Shown here: one piece after another, positions 19,372-29,693 of the stretch
Position numbering within the stretch: the first letter of the stretch is position 1
Layout: each line of letters starts with the position of its first letter
Source: Patescibacteria group bacterium
GTDB taxonomy: Bacteria > Patescibacteriota > Patescibacteriia > UBA9570
Assembly (NCBI GenBank): GCA_041665365.1
Contig: JBAYIY010000008.1
Coordinates: 6,396 to 70,395 of the forward strand
Direction: 5' to 3'
DNA length: 64,000 nt
The notes under the pieces: generated by a model
What the model was told of the DNA's origin: nothing
Databases searched by the model: none
Seen by the model: only the letters and a program-made list of their open reading frames with translations
Position numbers and translations under genes: made by a program

Positions 19372-19494
19372 CTCAATAATTATTTTTCTGACAGTCGTTT
19401 CAATTCAGTGTTTGAAAACATAAACACGTAAAAAGATTGACAAAGGCCATTTTTTTTGATATTATAATAGCAATTTATAACTTATAACTTTTTT

Positions 19495-20487
19495 ATGGGA
19501 TTTGAACGTAAAATTGGTGCCGCTATTAGTGTAGCCGCTGCTCTGCATGGTGAGCCAGAAGCTGTAGCCGGTGATCATCCAACTCATGCTGAACATTTAC
19601 AAGTACATGCTGATCAAGAATATATAAAAGAATATATTGATAAATATGAGCTAAAAACATTTTTAGATAAACATGAGATGAAACCTGGAGGAATATTTGA
19701 ACGTGATGGTAAGGCTCTTCGTTTAGCAGCTGAGGCGGCTAAAGTCGGAGATAAGTTAAGTGAAGCTAAACAATTAGCAATATTATTGGAAGATTTCAAG
19801 CTAGATTATATTCCGGCAGTCACTGGTCGTTTTGAAGAATTATTGAAGGAAATAGTGATGGATAATCCAGATCCACAGGAATACAGCGAGTTGTGTTTAG
19901 TAATAGATAGAATTATTTCTAAAAAAACTTCCTTTGAACAAAGTAGATTTGGAGTAACCATAGTTAGAGATTTATTGACTGGGAGTGATAGTGGTTTGGA
20001 TTTAAACGATCCTAATGGGGTTAAAGCGGCCTTAATCTTAACTAGGCTTTATGAGAACAACGACAGTGTGTCGAATGGTTTTTCTGATATTTCTATAGAC
20101 GATCTAGAAGAAGGTTTAGGGGATTTTTTTAGCAAATCAAGTATTCAAATGAAAGGAGGTGAGTTGAAAATTGAACCAATACCCGATCTTTCTGGAGCCT
20201 ATCATTTGTATATGGAAGCAGATCGTCCTGATTTAGCTTTGGAAACAGCCAGACGTGAATTGGATGATATCATCACTGATGTAAGTAATAAATTGAATGA
20301 ATCAAATACTAATGTGAATTGGTTCCGACTTGAAGATCTACGAGTCGCTTTGCGGCAGGCTCACATTGACCATAATAGTGCTATAAAAAAAATACAACCA
20401 CTAATTGATAAAGCAGAAAAAAATAGTAACCCAGAAATAAAGCAAATTTTAGATGAAATATTAAAACAACACGCCACAGAAAAATAA
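19495..20487 (+). CDS. Hypothetical acidic, helical protein
   Basis: 330-aa ORF with its own TTGACA/TATAAT-like promoter (about 19437-19468); no recognisable motif. Confidence 0.75.
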   Translation: MGFERKIGAAISVAAALHGEPEAVAGDHPTHAEHLQVHADQEYIKEYIDKYELKTFLDKHEMKPGGIFERDGKALRLAAEAAKVGDKLSEAKQLAILLEDFKLDYIPAVTGRFEELLKEIVMDNPDPQEYSELCLVIDRIISKKTSFEQSRFGVTIVRDLLTGSDSGLDLNDPNGVKAALILTRLYENNDSVSNGFSDISIDDLEEGLGDFFSKSSIQMKGGELKIEPIPDLSGAYHLYMEADRPDLALETARRELDDIITDVSNKLNESNTNVNWFRLEDLRVALRQAHIDHNSAIKKIQPLIDKAEKNSNPEIKQILDEILKQHATEK

Positions 20488-20515
20488 AATCTGCAAAATA
20501 AAATAACAATGTCTA

Positions 20516-20598
20516 TTGACACATAAATTTGTAATAGCGTATAATTAAGATACAAAATTAAAATAACGTCATGTGACGTTTAATAAAAAGGAGGTGAG
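20516..20598 (+). promoter_or_regulatory. Consensus promoter, leader palindrome and strong SD for the microprotein
   Basis: TTGACA 20516-20521, TATAAT 20540-20545, AACGTCA-TG-TGACGTT 20565-20580, AAAGGAGGTGA before ATG 20603. Confidence 0.8.
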
Positions 20599-20602
20599 AT
20601 AT

Positions 20603-20701
20603 ATGGCAAAGAAAAAAAAGGGAGCCAAGAAAAAAACAGTGAAGCGTGCCACAAAGAAAAAGGGTGGTAAAAAGAAGAAAGCCACAAAAAAACGCAAATA
20701 A
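20603..20701 (+). CDS. 32-aa Lys-rich basic microprotein (histone H1/protamine-like composition)
   Basis: MAKKKKGAKKKTVKRATKKKGGKKKKATKKRK; promoter, SD and terminator all present; below the ORF-track cutoff. Confidence 0.8.
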   Translation: MAKKKKGAKKKTVKRATKKKGGKKKKATKKRK

Positions 20702-20715
20702 AATTGCGTAAAATA

Positions 20716-20759
20716 AAAAAAACGTAGGGGTAATTCATGAATTACCCCTACGTTTTTTT
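20716..20759. terminator. Bidirectional terminator formed by a GTAG-type palindrome
   Basis: AAAAAAAC-GTAGGGGTAATTCATGAATTACCCCTAC-GTTTTTTT between convergent genes. Confidence 0.85.
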
Positions 20760-20773
20760 ATGCCGACCTGTTT

Positions 20774-21913
20774 TTATGAATTAATTTGTTTTTTATGATA
20801 AGAAAAATTAAGGGCAAGCATTGTCCAAAATATTATAGCGAGATCATTTTTAAAATAGGGTACATCTACTAGTCCATAAACAATAAAAGCCACCATCCCA
20901 GTCAGTAAAATTATACTGTATTTTGTTTGCTGGCTTTGTTTAGCTTGCAAAAAGAAGACTATAAGTACAATTATTAACCAAACCATGCCTAATAAGCCCA
21001 ATTCAACCCAAAAATCCAGGAATAAATTATGTGGATAAAGCAATAATTCGACATGTTGATCGAGCTTATACTGAGCATAAACATCTGGGAAATTGGCTAA
21101 ACCAGCCCCAAATAATGGGCGGTGTTCCAGTAAATTAACCGTACCTTGCCATAAAGCTAAACGAACCTGTCCGGAAGTATCTTGCAATAAGATTTTCTCA
21201 CGCGTAACTGGTATTATTAAACTAATCATTACCAATATTAAACCAACACCGATTACACCATAACGGTATTTGGTAAACAACAAAGCAAAACTGCCAGCTA
21301 AGATGACAGTTATGACTGCGCCATCACTTTGCGATAAACCAATGGCGATCATTCCCATTAAACTAACCAGCATGAACCAAAGTTTGTGTGAACGTTCATG
21401 TATTAACCAGGCCACACCTAATGCTACGATGGGGGCACAGAATAAACCAACGGCATTGGGATATTCAAATATACTGGTCATGCGCACATCAATACCGCCA
21501 ATATTCCAGGGTGCCGGCACACCATAACCGGTCAAGAATTGAATAATAGTGATGGTCGAAACAAATAATACACTACTACCTAAGGCTTGTAGTATAAAAA
21601 TAAATTTTGGTTTACTAACTTGAATCATCACACCAACCATAATTGGTATAACAATATAACTTTTATAGATCCCTAGTGCCGCTAGAGTATTATCAGACAT
21701 AATGACAGAGATCAAACCTATTAGCAGTAAACTCACACTACTGTATAAAAATATTTTTTGAACTTTAAAACCATAATGAATAATATAGTAGATAAAACCA
21801 CCGGTTACCAGCAGATCCAATAAATTTAGTGGTATACCAAATAAATTAAACCTAACTAAATAGACAGGGAGAAGCACAAGTATTATTAATAACCATTTAT
21901 TGGTGATCGCCAT
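20774..21913 (-). CDS. O-antigen ligase / Wzy_C family protein
   Basis: R..SIFEYPN, SGQVRLALW, PLFGAG, PHNLFLDFWVELG; polytopic. Confidence 0.88.
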   Translation of the reverse strand: MAITNKWLLIILVLLPVYLVRFNLFGIPLNLLDLLVTGGFIYYIIHYGFKVQKIFLYSSVSLLLIGLISVIMSDNTLAALGIYKSYIVIPIMVGVMIQVSKPKFIFILQALGSSVLFVSTITIIQFLTGYGVPAPWNIGGIDVRMTSIFEYPNAVGLFCAPIVALGVAWLIHERSHKLWFMLVSLMGMIAIGLSQSDGAVITVILAGSFALLFTKYRYGVIGVGLILVMISLIIPVTREKILLQDTSGQVRLALWQGTVNLLEHRPLFGAGLANFPDVYAQYKLDQHVELLLYPHNLFLDFWVELGLLGMVWLIIVLIVFFLQAKQSQQTKYSIILLTGMVAFIVYGLVDVPYFKNDLAIIFWTMLALNFSYHKKQINS

Positions 21914-23285
21914 GCAATAATATATTTTGAACCGTGACCATTAAACCAATTAAGAACCAAATGTGCATAATATAAAGTACCGAGAAAGTATTATATTGCA
22001 CCAGAATACCAGTGAGAGCGGCTAATAGCGCAATTAACACATGTCTCATGAATGGGTCAGTACCATGCAACAAAGCTTTAACAGAACGGATATAGAGCAT
22101 AATCATCATTATTATGTAACAAGCTAAACCCAAGACACCGGTTTCAGCTAGCAATTCAATATACTCATTGTTCACAATTTTATAGCCATCACTAGGCACA
22201 ATATATGGATGATATGACGCATATGGTCCAAAACTACCCGGGCCTATCCCAACCCACGGGTGCTGCCACCAAATGCGTTCGGCAATATCAAAAGTTTCAA
22301 CTCGTTCACTATAAGACGCGCCACCAAAAATATTCATGACATGTTCAGTAAAGGTGTTTACCTGTTCAGTTAAACCTAGAAATTGATAAGCCACACCACC
22401 AGCTATAGCCACACTTATTATTAACGGGATGATAATAGTGGGTTTAAGTAACTGTTTCCAATAAGCTATAGCCAGACAGAGTAATGTTGCTGCCAAAGCA
22501 ATATAACCACCGCGGGAGACAGTTAAAATAAAATTTATTCCCCCTAAAGCTATTAAAGCAAATAACCACCAGGGTTTAATTTTACTAGATTTACTTAACC
22601 ATAAAGCGATTGCTAAACTTAATGGAATTAACAGATAATTGGCAAAATAGAGAGGTTCTAAGGCAGTTGATTGGATTCTAGGGAAACCAAGAATCTCTTT
22701 AGTGTATTGTGGGCGTAACCCAGTTAGGCTAGTCGGTAAACCAACAATATCTCCCAAAAATTGCCAAATGCCAAAACTACATACCACAAACATACTACCT
22801 AACAATATATAAATTACCCGTTTAACCTGGTCAGTGTGTCGAATAATGCTGGGCAAAATGATGGAGACACACATGGTAAAAAGAATATAGCCTAAAACGA
22901 GCAGCGATCGGTCTAAATTAGGAGAGTTAGTGATGCCGGCACACATTACTAGTATGAATCCAGCGATGGGTAATAAAATCGGATAAGGCCGTAATTTGAA
23001 TTTACTTAATACTAAACCATACATTAACCAAGCTAATATTGTGATGATGGCAATGACTTGACTAAGGCGAATGGTAACACCGGCAATATCTAAAGAACCA
23101 ATCCGTTCAAAAGGTAAAAAGAAACTGAGTAGGTACATACCAAGTATCGGGTTGATGACAATAACACAGATACAAATAAAACCAATCAAACCGGCTAAAA
23201 CATAAGTCAGTGGTAGATAAGCAAACGCTATACCAATAATTAAAGCGAGCGGTAGAGTTTTAGCGGCTTTTAAATAAGGTGTCAT
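21897..23285 (-). CDS. O-antigen ligase / Wzy_C family protein
   Basis: RIQSTALEP, LTVSRGG, HPWVGIGPG, NNEYIELLAETG; polytopic. Confidence 0.88.
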   Translation of the reverse strand: MTPYLKAAKTLPLALIIGIAFAYLPLTYVLAGLIGFICICVIVINPILGMYLLSFFLPFERIGSLDIAGVTIRLSQVIAIITILAWLMYGLVLSKFKLRPYPILLPIAGFILVMCAGITNSPNLDRSLLVLGYILFTMCVSIILPSIIRHTDQVKRVIYILLGSMFVVCSFGIWQFLGDIVGLPTSLTGLRPQYTKEILGFPRIQSTALEPLYFANYLLIPLSLAIALWLSKSSKIKPWWLFALIALGGINFILTVSRGGYIALAATLLCLAIAYWKQLLKPTIIIPLIISVAIAGGVAYQFLGLTEQVNTFTEHVMNIFGGASYSERVETFDIAERIWWQHPWVGIGPGSFGPYASYHPYIVPSDGYKIVNNEYIELLAETGVLGLACYIIMMIMLYIRSVKALLHGTDPFMRHVLIALLAALTGILVQYNTFSVLYIMHIWFLIGLMVTVQNILLHGDHQ

Positions 23286-24384
23286 AATCTTCAATCATAC
23301 GGTGTTCTTGAAATAGCTCTAAGACGCGAATGCGCCCATTACTAGCTTTGTGCACCGCTAACTCATAATTGTTGTAAACATCATACAAGGCTTCGGCAAT
23401 GGCCGCAGGACGATGTGGCGGTACTAGCCAACCATAGCGATCGATAATTTCAGTCATACCGCCAGTCGTGGTAGCAATGACTGGTTTAACAGTGGCTAAG
23501 GCTTCAATTAAAACAATCCCGAAGGTCTCACGCCTAATGGAAGGGAGTACTAAAACATCGCAGTTTTGTAAAACTGCTGGGATATCATTACGGAAGCCTA
23601 CCAAATCAATTTGTTTATTTAAATCTAGTTGATGAACCAAACTGGTTAACTGATCTTTAATATCACCTTCGCCGACGATGGTTAAATGAACCTGCGGTAT
23701 TTGCGCTTGAACGATTTTGATGGCTTGGATTAAATCATTAATCCCTTTTTCTCTAGCTAAGCGACCAATAAATAATACGCGAAAAATATTTTGAATGTTT
23801 TGTACTGCAGAAGGGGAAGGAGTAAAATCTTTAACATTTACCGAGTTATAAATCACTTGAATATGTTGGGTTGGAACACCTAATTGTTGTAATTGATCCT
23901 TAACTGCTTCAACCACAGTAACAATAGTTGCAAGGTGTGACCACAAAACATAAATTAAACGTAAAGGATTTTGTTTTAACCAACGCTCAATTTGTAAATG
24001 TTCCATCCAAATCACTTTAATACCAAGCAGTCTAGCAAATGGGGTTAATAAGATTTTTTCAGTGAGTGATAAACAAAATATTACTGAAATATGGTGCTGA
24101 AATTTATAATACACCAACCAGCGCACCAAGTTAGCCGTGATAAAAGGCCAAGTGAAAAAAAAGCTTAGTAAGGCCAGTGGTGTAACCGGTTCTGTACCAG
24201 CCCAAATACGGCGGTAGTGCCAATCACGTTTAGAAAATTCACTTAATAAGACGGTGCAGGTTGAGGCTAAAAAGAATTTATGATTGGCCGATAATCTTTC
24301 AACCAAAGTTAAAGTATGTTTTTCTCCACCACCAAAAGTTGAAGAATACGGAAATTTTAGAATTAAGATACGTTGTTCTGTCAT
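23260..24384 (-). CDS. Glycosyltransferase family 4
   Basis: GGGE, IGRLAREKG, ETFGIVLIEA (EX7E motif). Confidence 0.92.
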   Translation of the reverse strand: MTEQRILILKFPYSSTFGGGEKHTLTLVERLSANHKFFLASTCTVLLSEFSKRDWHYRRIWAGTEPVTPLALLSFFFTWPFITANLVRWLVYYKFQHHISVIFCLSLTEKILLTPFARLLGIKVIWMEHLQIERWLKQNPLRLIYVLWSHLATIVTVVEAVKDQLQQLGVPTQHIQVIYNSVNVKDFTPSPSAVQNIQNIFRVLFIGRLAREKGINDLIQAIKIVQAQIPQVHLTIVGEGDIKDQLTSLVHQLDLNKQIDLVGFRNDIPAVLQNCDVLVLPSIRRETFGIVLIEALATVKPVIATTTGGMTEIIDRYGWLVPPHRPAAIAEALYDVYNNYELAVHKASNGRIRVLELFQEHRMIEDYDTLFKSR

Positions 24385-25823
24385 GCTAATTGGCGCTGTA
24401 ATAAAGTTTTAATATCCTCTTTAGAAATACCACCCATTAGCAGCAAGGCAATACTATAAACGACACCACCGGATAATACCACAAACACAATCGGCCAGGC
24501 TTGAATTAGATAAACCACCCCAGCCATTAGTAAGGCAGCGCCAGTAATGCGTAATAAACTAAATAAAGCCGGATGAGACATGGTATGGCGATAAATTATA
24601 TAAGTAGCGATCAACACCATCATCACTTCAGAATACACCGTTACCCAGGCAGCGCCATAATATGAATAGGGTGGGATAAAGATGAAATAACCTAATAAAG
24701 CCGTACCGGCGACAAAGGCATAACCCCAAATGATGGTGCGTTGTTGGTTAATAGCTACTACCACATAGCCGGTCAGAGTACCTAAATAAATAGCTCCAAT
24801 GGCTAGAATCAAGATACGAAAAATGGCTCCTAACATGCGCGGATCGTCAGTAAATTTATTGCCAGCGACTAAAAGCATTAATGGTTCGGCTAAAACAATG
24901 CCACCAGCGATGACCGGAGCTGCCATCATCCATAAAAGATTAAAAGCCCGTTGATATAATTTATTAAAAGCCGGTAAATTTTTGGCCTGAAAATATTGAC
25001 TCAAGATGGGTAAGAGTAAGCCAACTACCATGATCGGCAAAGTAATCAAGACTTCTAATATCTTATACGGTACACCATACACACCCACCACGGCTTGTGG
25101 GTAATATAAACTCAATATAATTGTGTCAGATTTGAAATAGATTAGATTTAGAGCAATCGCTACAGCAATTGGCCAACTTTCTAATAAAACTCGTTTCCAA
25201 ATAAATAAATCAAAAGCCGGGGCTAAATGGGTGTAGCGCCTACTGGCTGACCACAATACGATAGTTTGTACAACACCGGCTAGTACCACTGTAGCGATAA
25301 TAACCAGAAAGTTTTTTTGTGTCAGATACACCACTGTTAAGGTAGAAGCAAACAAAACCACTTTACTACTAACTTCAGCAATGGCTACCCAATGCATGGC
25401 GAGATGATGTTGAAAGATGGCCTGAAATAATTGATTTATGGTAATGCAGAAAAAATTTAGCGCTAATATTACCACGGCCCATTTTACAATGAGTGGGTAT
25501 TGTGGAATAAACCAAACTATAATTATGGCTAATATTAAAAGAGTAACGGCAGTGACCGTGCGTAGCGTAAAAATATTATTTTGCAGTTGTCCGGTTTTAT
25601 TGTCTGGTCCGGCAATATGTTTTAACAACACTACATATAAGCCCAAATCCATAATGATACCGAATAACTGCAAATAAGACATGGCTGTGGTATAGCTGCC
25701 GAACAGATCATCTTTCAAATAGCGAATCAAAATTGTGGCCACAACAAAACCAAGTGCTGTTCCAATGAGTTTACCGCTAAATTGCAGAGCTGTATTTCGC
25801 GCTACTTGCCGCAATAATGACAT
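24381..25823 (-). CDS. Polysaccharide flippase (Wzx/MOP family)
   Basis: About 14 TM segments, DLGL, IYFKSDTIILS, VGVYG, GAAWVT. Confidence 0.9.
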   Translation of the reverse strand: MSLLRQVARNTALQFSGKLIGTALGFVVATILIRYLKDDLFGSYTTAMSYLQLFGIIMDLGLYVVLLKHIAGPDNKTGQLQNNIFTLRTVTAVTLLILAIIIVWFIPQYPLIVKWAVVILALNFFCITINQLFQAIFQHHLAMHWVAIAEVSSKVVLFASTLTVVYLTQKNFLVIIATVVLAGVVQTIVLWSASRRYTHLAPAFDLFIWKRVLLESWPIAVAIALNLIYFKSDTIILSLYYPQAVVGVYGVPYKILEVLITLPIMVVGLLLPILSQYFQAKNLPAFNKLYQRAFNLLWMMAAPVIAGGIVLAEPLMLLVAGNKFTDDPRMLGAIFRILILAIGAIYLGTLTGYVVVAINQQRTIIWGYAFVAGTALLGYFIFIPPYSYYGAAWVTVYSEVMMVLIATYIIYRHTMSHPALFSLLRITGAALLMAGVVYLIQAWPIVFVVLSGGVVYSIALLLMGGISKEDIKTLLQRQLA

Positions 25824-25856
25824 AAATAGACCCGGACTGTACCAAAAATCAGCTGT

Positions 25857-26837
25857 TTAGTCAATCAACATAGCATCGCCAAAACTAAAGAAACGATAGT
25901 GTTCTTTAATGGCTTCAGCGTAGGCACGATCGATCAATGGTTTTCCGGCTAAAGCACTAACTAACATTAATAAAGTGGTTTTGGGGAGATGGAAGTTTGT
26001 AATTAAACTATCCACCGTATTGAATTTATAACCAGGATAAATATAAATATTAACCCAACCAGCGTTAGCTTGTCCCTGGAAGGCTTCTAAAGTGCGACCA
26101 GAGGTAGTACCTACGGCGATTATTTTATGACCGGTTTTTTTAGCAGCGGCCATGGCTTGAGCAGTAGCCTCTGGTAACACTGCATATTCAGCGTGCATGG
26201 TGTGTTGAGTAATATCGTCAGTTTTTACTGAAGTAAATGTACCTAAACCAACATGTAATATTACTGGAACAATAATGACACCGTGTTTTTTTAATTTATC
26301 TAGTAAAGCTTCTGTAAAATGTAATCCGGCAGTCGGAGCCGCCACTGAACCGGATTGATCAGCATAAACAGTTTGATAACGTTCGAGTGATTGTTTTGTT
26401 TTTATATAGGGTGGTAATGGTACTTCACCGTATTGCGTAATGTTGGTTTTGTTGAATTTAACAAGGTAAGTTGAGTCAGGATGTTTTTCTTGAACAGTGG
26501 CGGTAGTAGAATGATGAATTAAGAATAAAGAATTAAGAGCAGTTTTTCCTTTAATTAAACATTCCCAGGTAAAATCATCTTTTTGTTGCAGTAAGAAAAT
26601 TTCAACTTTGCCGCCAGTTGGCTTAGTAGCGTGTAACCGAGCTTTAATTACTTTAGAAGTATTAATAACCAAAACATCACCTGATTTAAGATAATCGGTG
26701 ATGTGAAAAAACTGCTTGTGTTCTAATTTTCCTGTGTCTCGATGAACAACTAATAAACGTGAATGATCACGCGGTTCGATGGGGGTCTGGGCAATAAGCT
26801 GTGGTGGCAGCTGATAATCAAACTCACTTAAGCGCAT
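25857..26837 (-). CDS. queA: S-adenosylmethionine:tRNA ribosyltransferase-isomerase
   Basis: FDYQLP..LIAQ, PLPPYI, RYQTVYA, AAPTAGLHFT, TNFHLP, YRFFSFGD. Confidence 0.97.
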   Translation of the reverse strand: MRLSEFDYQLPPQLIAQTPIEPRDHSRLLVVHRDTGKLEHKQFFHITDYLKSGDVLVINTSKVIKARLHATKPTGGKVEIFLLQQKDDFTWECLIKGKTALNSLFLIHHSTTATVQEKHPDSTYLVKFNKTNITQYGEVPLPPYIKTKQSLERYQTVYADQSGSVAAPTAGLHFTEALLDKLKKHGVIIVPVILHVGLGTFTSVKTDDITQHTMHAEYAVLPEATAQAMAAAKKTGHKIIAVGTTSGRTLEAFQGQANAGWVNIYIYPGYKFNTVDSLITNFHLPKTTLLMLVSALAGKPLIDRAYAEAIKEHYRFFSFGDAMLID

Positions 26838-27357
26838 CACTGGCTTCAATCACTAATCTGGCCACAACATCTGGCTCAGGAATTTGTAGAAAGGTAAAAC
26901 GTTGTTGTTCACCGGCCGATTGAATAAAGACATCACCATAATTAAAAACCGTCGCTAACTTGCCATGTATTTCTGCGGTTACATCCTGAACTTTGGTTAG
27001 ATTAAGTTCGGAAATAGTTCGTTCAAACAAACCTTTTTGTTCAATATTAATAATGCGTTGATCAGTTAAAATCCAGACATCTAAATGGTAATCAATATAG
27101 GCATGATAAAAAGTCAGCCAGGTGCCAATATAATATAATGAAGTCGCAATCACTCCAAAAACGTACCATAAACCTCTGGTGGGTGGGTTCCAGCCGACAA
27201 CATATAAAACAATGATCAATGCAATGACTGGTAGTAAATTAAAACTGACTACTTGAATAACTGCCGAGGCAAAAGCGATCCAATGGCGGCGCAGTAACAT
27301 TATTAAATGTTCGTTGGGGCGTTGGCCAGGAAATTTATCTTTATTCTCAGGGCTCAT
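26824..27357 (-). CDS. Bacterial PH-domain membrane protein
   Basis: RRHW, two TM segments, ILTDQRII..KGLF..KVQDV..FNYGDV.IQSAG. Confidence 0.8.
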   Translation of the reverse strand: MSPENKDKFPGQRPNEHLIMLLRRHWIAFASAVIQVVSFNLLPVIALIIVLYVVGWNPPTRGLWYVFGVIATSLYYIGTWLTFYHAYIDYHLDVWILTDQRIINIEQKGLFERTISELNLTKVQDVTAEIHGKLATVFNYGDVFIQSAGEQQRFTFLQIPEPDVVARLVIEASDALK

Positions 27358-27614
27358 AAGTTTTTAAACATAGATGATTGGCTAGATGTCGGAATAATTT
27401 CACCACTATCTAACCATGCCACTGGGCTTAAAAATAGGACACTAAAAAAAATAACTATCACAATGACACCCGCCGTAACAATGGTCCAAATTGTACCGGA
27501 AAAATCTAAGAAACCAAAGCGACGTAAATGGTATAAATTTAATAAAAAGAAAACAACTGCTCCAAGTAAGCAGGCTAGATAGATGATACCTAATATCCAG
27601 TAGGGAATAGCCAC
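27354..27614 (-). CDS. Small membrane protein
   Basis: Two TM segments around YHLRRFG; lies in the ruvB operon. Confidence 0.7.
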   Translation of the reverse strand: MAIPYWILGIIYLACLLGAVVFFLLNLYHLRRFGFLDFSGTIWTIVTAGVIVIVIFFSVLFLSPVAWLDSGEIIPTSSQSSMFKNL

Positions 27615-27628
27615 GGTGTTAGTATAGG

Positions 27629-28657
27629 CTAGAGCAAGCGCGACTGCAAATCAAGTGGTGGAATGAGCCCTAAATGTTCGTAGGCGGCGGCAGTGACAAC
27701 CCGACCACGGGGTGTACGAGCGAGAAAACCTAACTGCAATAAAAATGGTTCATAAACAGTTTCTAAAGTATCAATGTCTTCACCGATAGTAGCCGCAATG
27801 GTGGTAATACCAACCGGGCCACCTTGGAATGATTTAATGATTGATTGTAAAACTCTACGATCAATAGCATCTAAACCTAATTCGTCGATATCGAGTAAAT
27901 TCAGGGCAGCTTGAGCGATAGTTTCAGTCACTGGTTTATTACTATGGTTAACCTCAGCAAAATCTCGCACGCGCTTCAATAAACGATTGGCAATTCTAGG
28001 AGTGCTGCGCGATCTGGTTGCTATCAAATTTATCGCCGGTGCTTCTAGTGGCACAGCCAGAACTGAGGCTGATCTTAAAATAATTTTAGCCATTTCGTCT
28101 GGTTCGTAGAAATTTAGTTTGTATTGTGCACCAAAGCGATCGCGTAAGGGTGATGATAGTAAACTCATTCTGGTCGTGGCACCGATGATGGTAAATTTTG
28201 GTAAGTCTAACCGTAAAGTGCGGGCGCCTGGGCCTTTTCCGACTACCATATCTAAAGCATAATCTTCCATGGCTGGGTACAACACTTCCTCGATGGTTTT
28301 ATGTAAACGATGAATTTCATCGATGAATAAAATATCACCTTCTGATAAGTTTGTAAGAATGGCAGCTAAATCACCGGCGCGTTCAATAGCCGGACCACTG
28401 GTGACGCGAATATTAACACCCATTTCGCGAGCGATAATGTGAGCTAGGGTAGTTTTACCTAAACCCGGACCACCGTGCAGTAAAACATGTTCAATTGGTT
28501 CACCGCGTTGTTTGGCGGCTTGAACAAAAATAGTTAGATTATCTTTAACTTGTTGTTGGCCAATATAATCACTTAATCTTTCTGGACGCAAAGATGCCTC
28601 CACCGCTGATTCCGATGTTTGTTGTACCGGGCTTATAACACGATCCATCCCGGCCAT
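27629..28657 (-). CDS. ruvB: Holliday junction helicase RuvB
   Basis: [45 protein letters not shown]. Confidence 0.98.
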   Translation of the reverse strand: MAGMDRVISPVQQTSESAVEASLRPERLSDYIGQQQVKDNLTIFVQAAKQRGEPIEHVLLHGGPGLGKTTLAHIIAREMGVNIRVTSGPAIERAGDLAAILTNLSEGDILFIDEIHRLHKTIEEVLYPAMEDYALDMVVGKGPGARTLRLDLPKFTIIGATTRMSLLSSPLRDRFGAQYKLNFYEPDEMAKIILRSASVLAVPLEAPAINLIATRSRSTPRIANRLLKRVRDFAEVNHSNKPVTETIAQAALNLLDIDELGLDAIDRRVLQSIIKSFQGGPVGITTIAATIGEDIDTLETVYEPFLLQLGFLARTPRGRVVTAAAYEHLGLIPPLDLQSRLL

Positions 28658-28661
28658 AGCG

Positions 28662-29633
28662 TTATTTTGTCTTGCTTTTAAATCGTTTTACACGAATCAA
28701 TCCACCCACTGGAATGACTTCAATCCCTTTTTGTTCAAGTTCATCTAAAAACAGATTCATACCAATTGAGTCCGATGAAATATGTCCGGCTATTACCACA
28801 TTCATGTGGTGTTGTTCGGCTACTTTACGATGATCCTCACGCATATGCATACCGATTACTGTGCCAACACCAGCTCGAGATAGAGCTTCAAACATGTCTT
28901 TAGCACCATTGGTGCCACCGGTGAATTCAGTGGCGGCAATGCGACCACAACGACGAGCCGGACTACCCAAATAAATACACGGACCAGATTTTTGTTTCTT
29001 AGCGATTTGATATTCCGGTACCGTCATTAATTGATCTATGACATCACCAACATAAACTAATTTATGCTTTTTCTGATCCATCAAATTATCCATGAACGTT
29101 GCGGCCAGATTATCTGTGGCGGTATGAGCCGCCATGTAGGGCATACCAAGTAATCTGGCGATATCGACAGCCTTATGATCGTTAATTGGTAGTACACCAC
29201 GATTAACTTCAGCAATGCGCGGCATTAATAAATTTTCAGCAATGTTAACCGGCACACCAGCCTGACGCATAATTTCAACTTGAACGTTCATCACTTCTGG
29301 TAAATCGGCCAAAGCAATGCCTTCTGGATGATGGCTAATGACCATATCGATTTTACCCAGCCGATCGGCTAACAATAATTCGGGCTCATGAGCGTCAATG
29401 CCAGCAAAAAGCCGTTTGATTGGTCTAGTTAAAGATGGTGTGTAGAGGATGCGAGTATCGGAGTAAGGATTGGTAAAATACTCTTTATCATAATATTCCT
29501 TCTCTTTATTGGGCAGGGCATCATACTCTTTTTTATAGCGTTTTAACTCAGCTGTCACAAAAGCCCGGCCACGCGGGTCGGAATTTATGCCTAATTTTAC
29601 TGCTAGATCGTAAATCGCTTGAACATTTAACAT
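28662..29633 (-). CDS. NIF3/DUF34-like metal-binding protein
   Basis: [28 protein letters not shown]. Confidence 0.82.
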   Translation of the reverse strand: MLNVQAIYDLAVKLGINSDPRGRAFVTAELKRYKKEYDALPNKEKEYYDKEYFTNPYSDTRILYTPSLTRPIKRLFAGIDAHEPELLLADRLGKIDMVISHHPEGIALADLPEVMNVQVEIMRQAGVPVNIAENLLMPRIAEVNRGVLPINDHKAVDIARLLGMPYMAAHTATDNLAATFMDNLMDQKKHKLVYVGDVIDQLMTVPEYQIAKKQKSGPCIYLGSPARRCGRIAATEFTGGTNGAKDMFEALSRAGVGTVIGMHMREDHRKVAEQHHMNVVIAGHISSDSIGMNLFLDELEQKGIEVIPVGGLIRVKRFKSKTK

Positions 29634-29657
29634 AAGTGGATAAGATTATAGCCCCTC

Positions 29658-29687
29658 TTGACAAATTTGTAAATACTAGGGTATACT
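29658..29687 (+). promoter_or_regulatory. Near-consensus sigma70 promoter with no downstream CDS
   Basis: TTGACA 29658-29663 and TATACT 29682-29687 (18-nt spacer). Confidence 0.75.
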
Positions 29688-29693
29688 CCTCGG

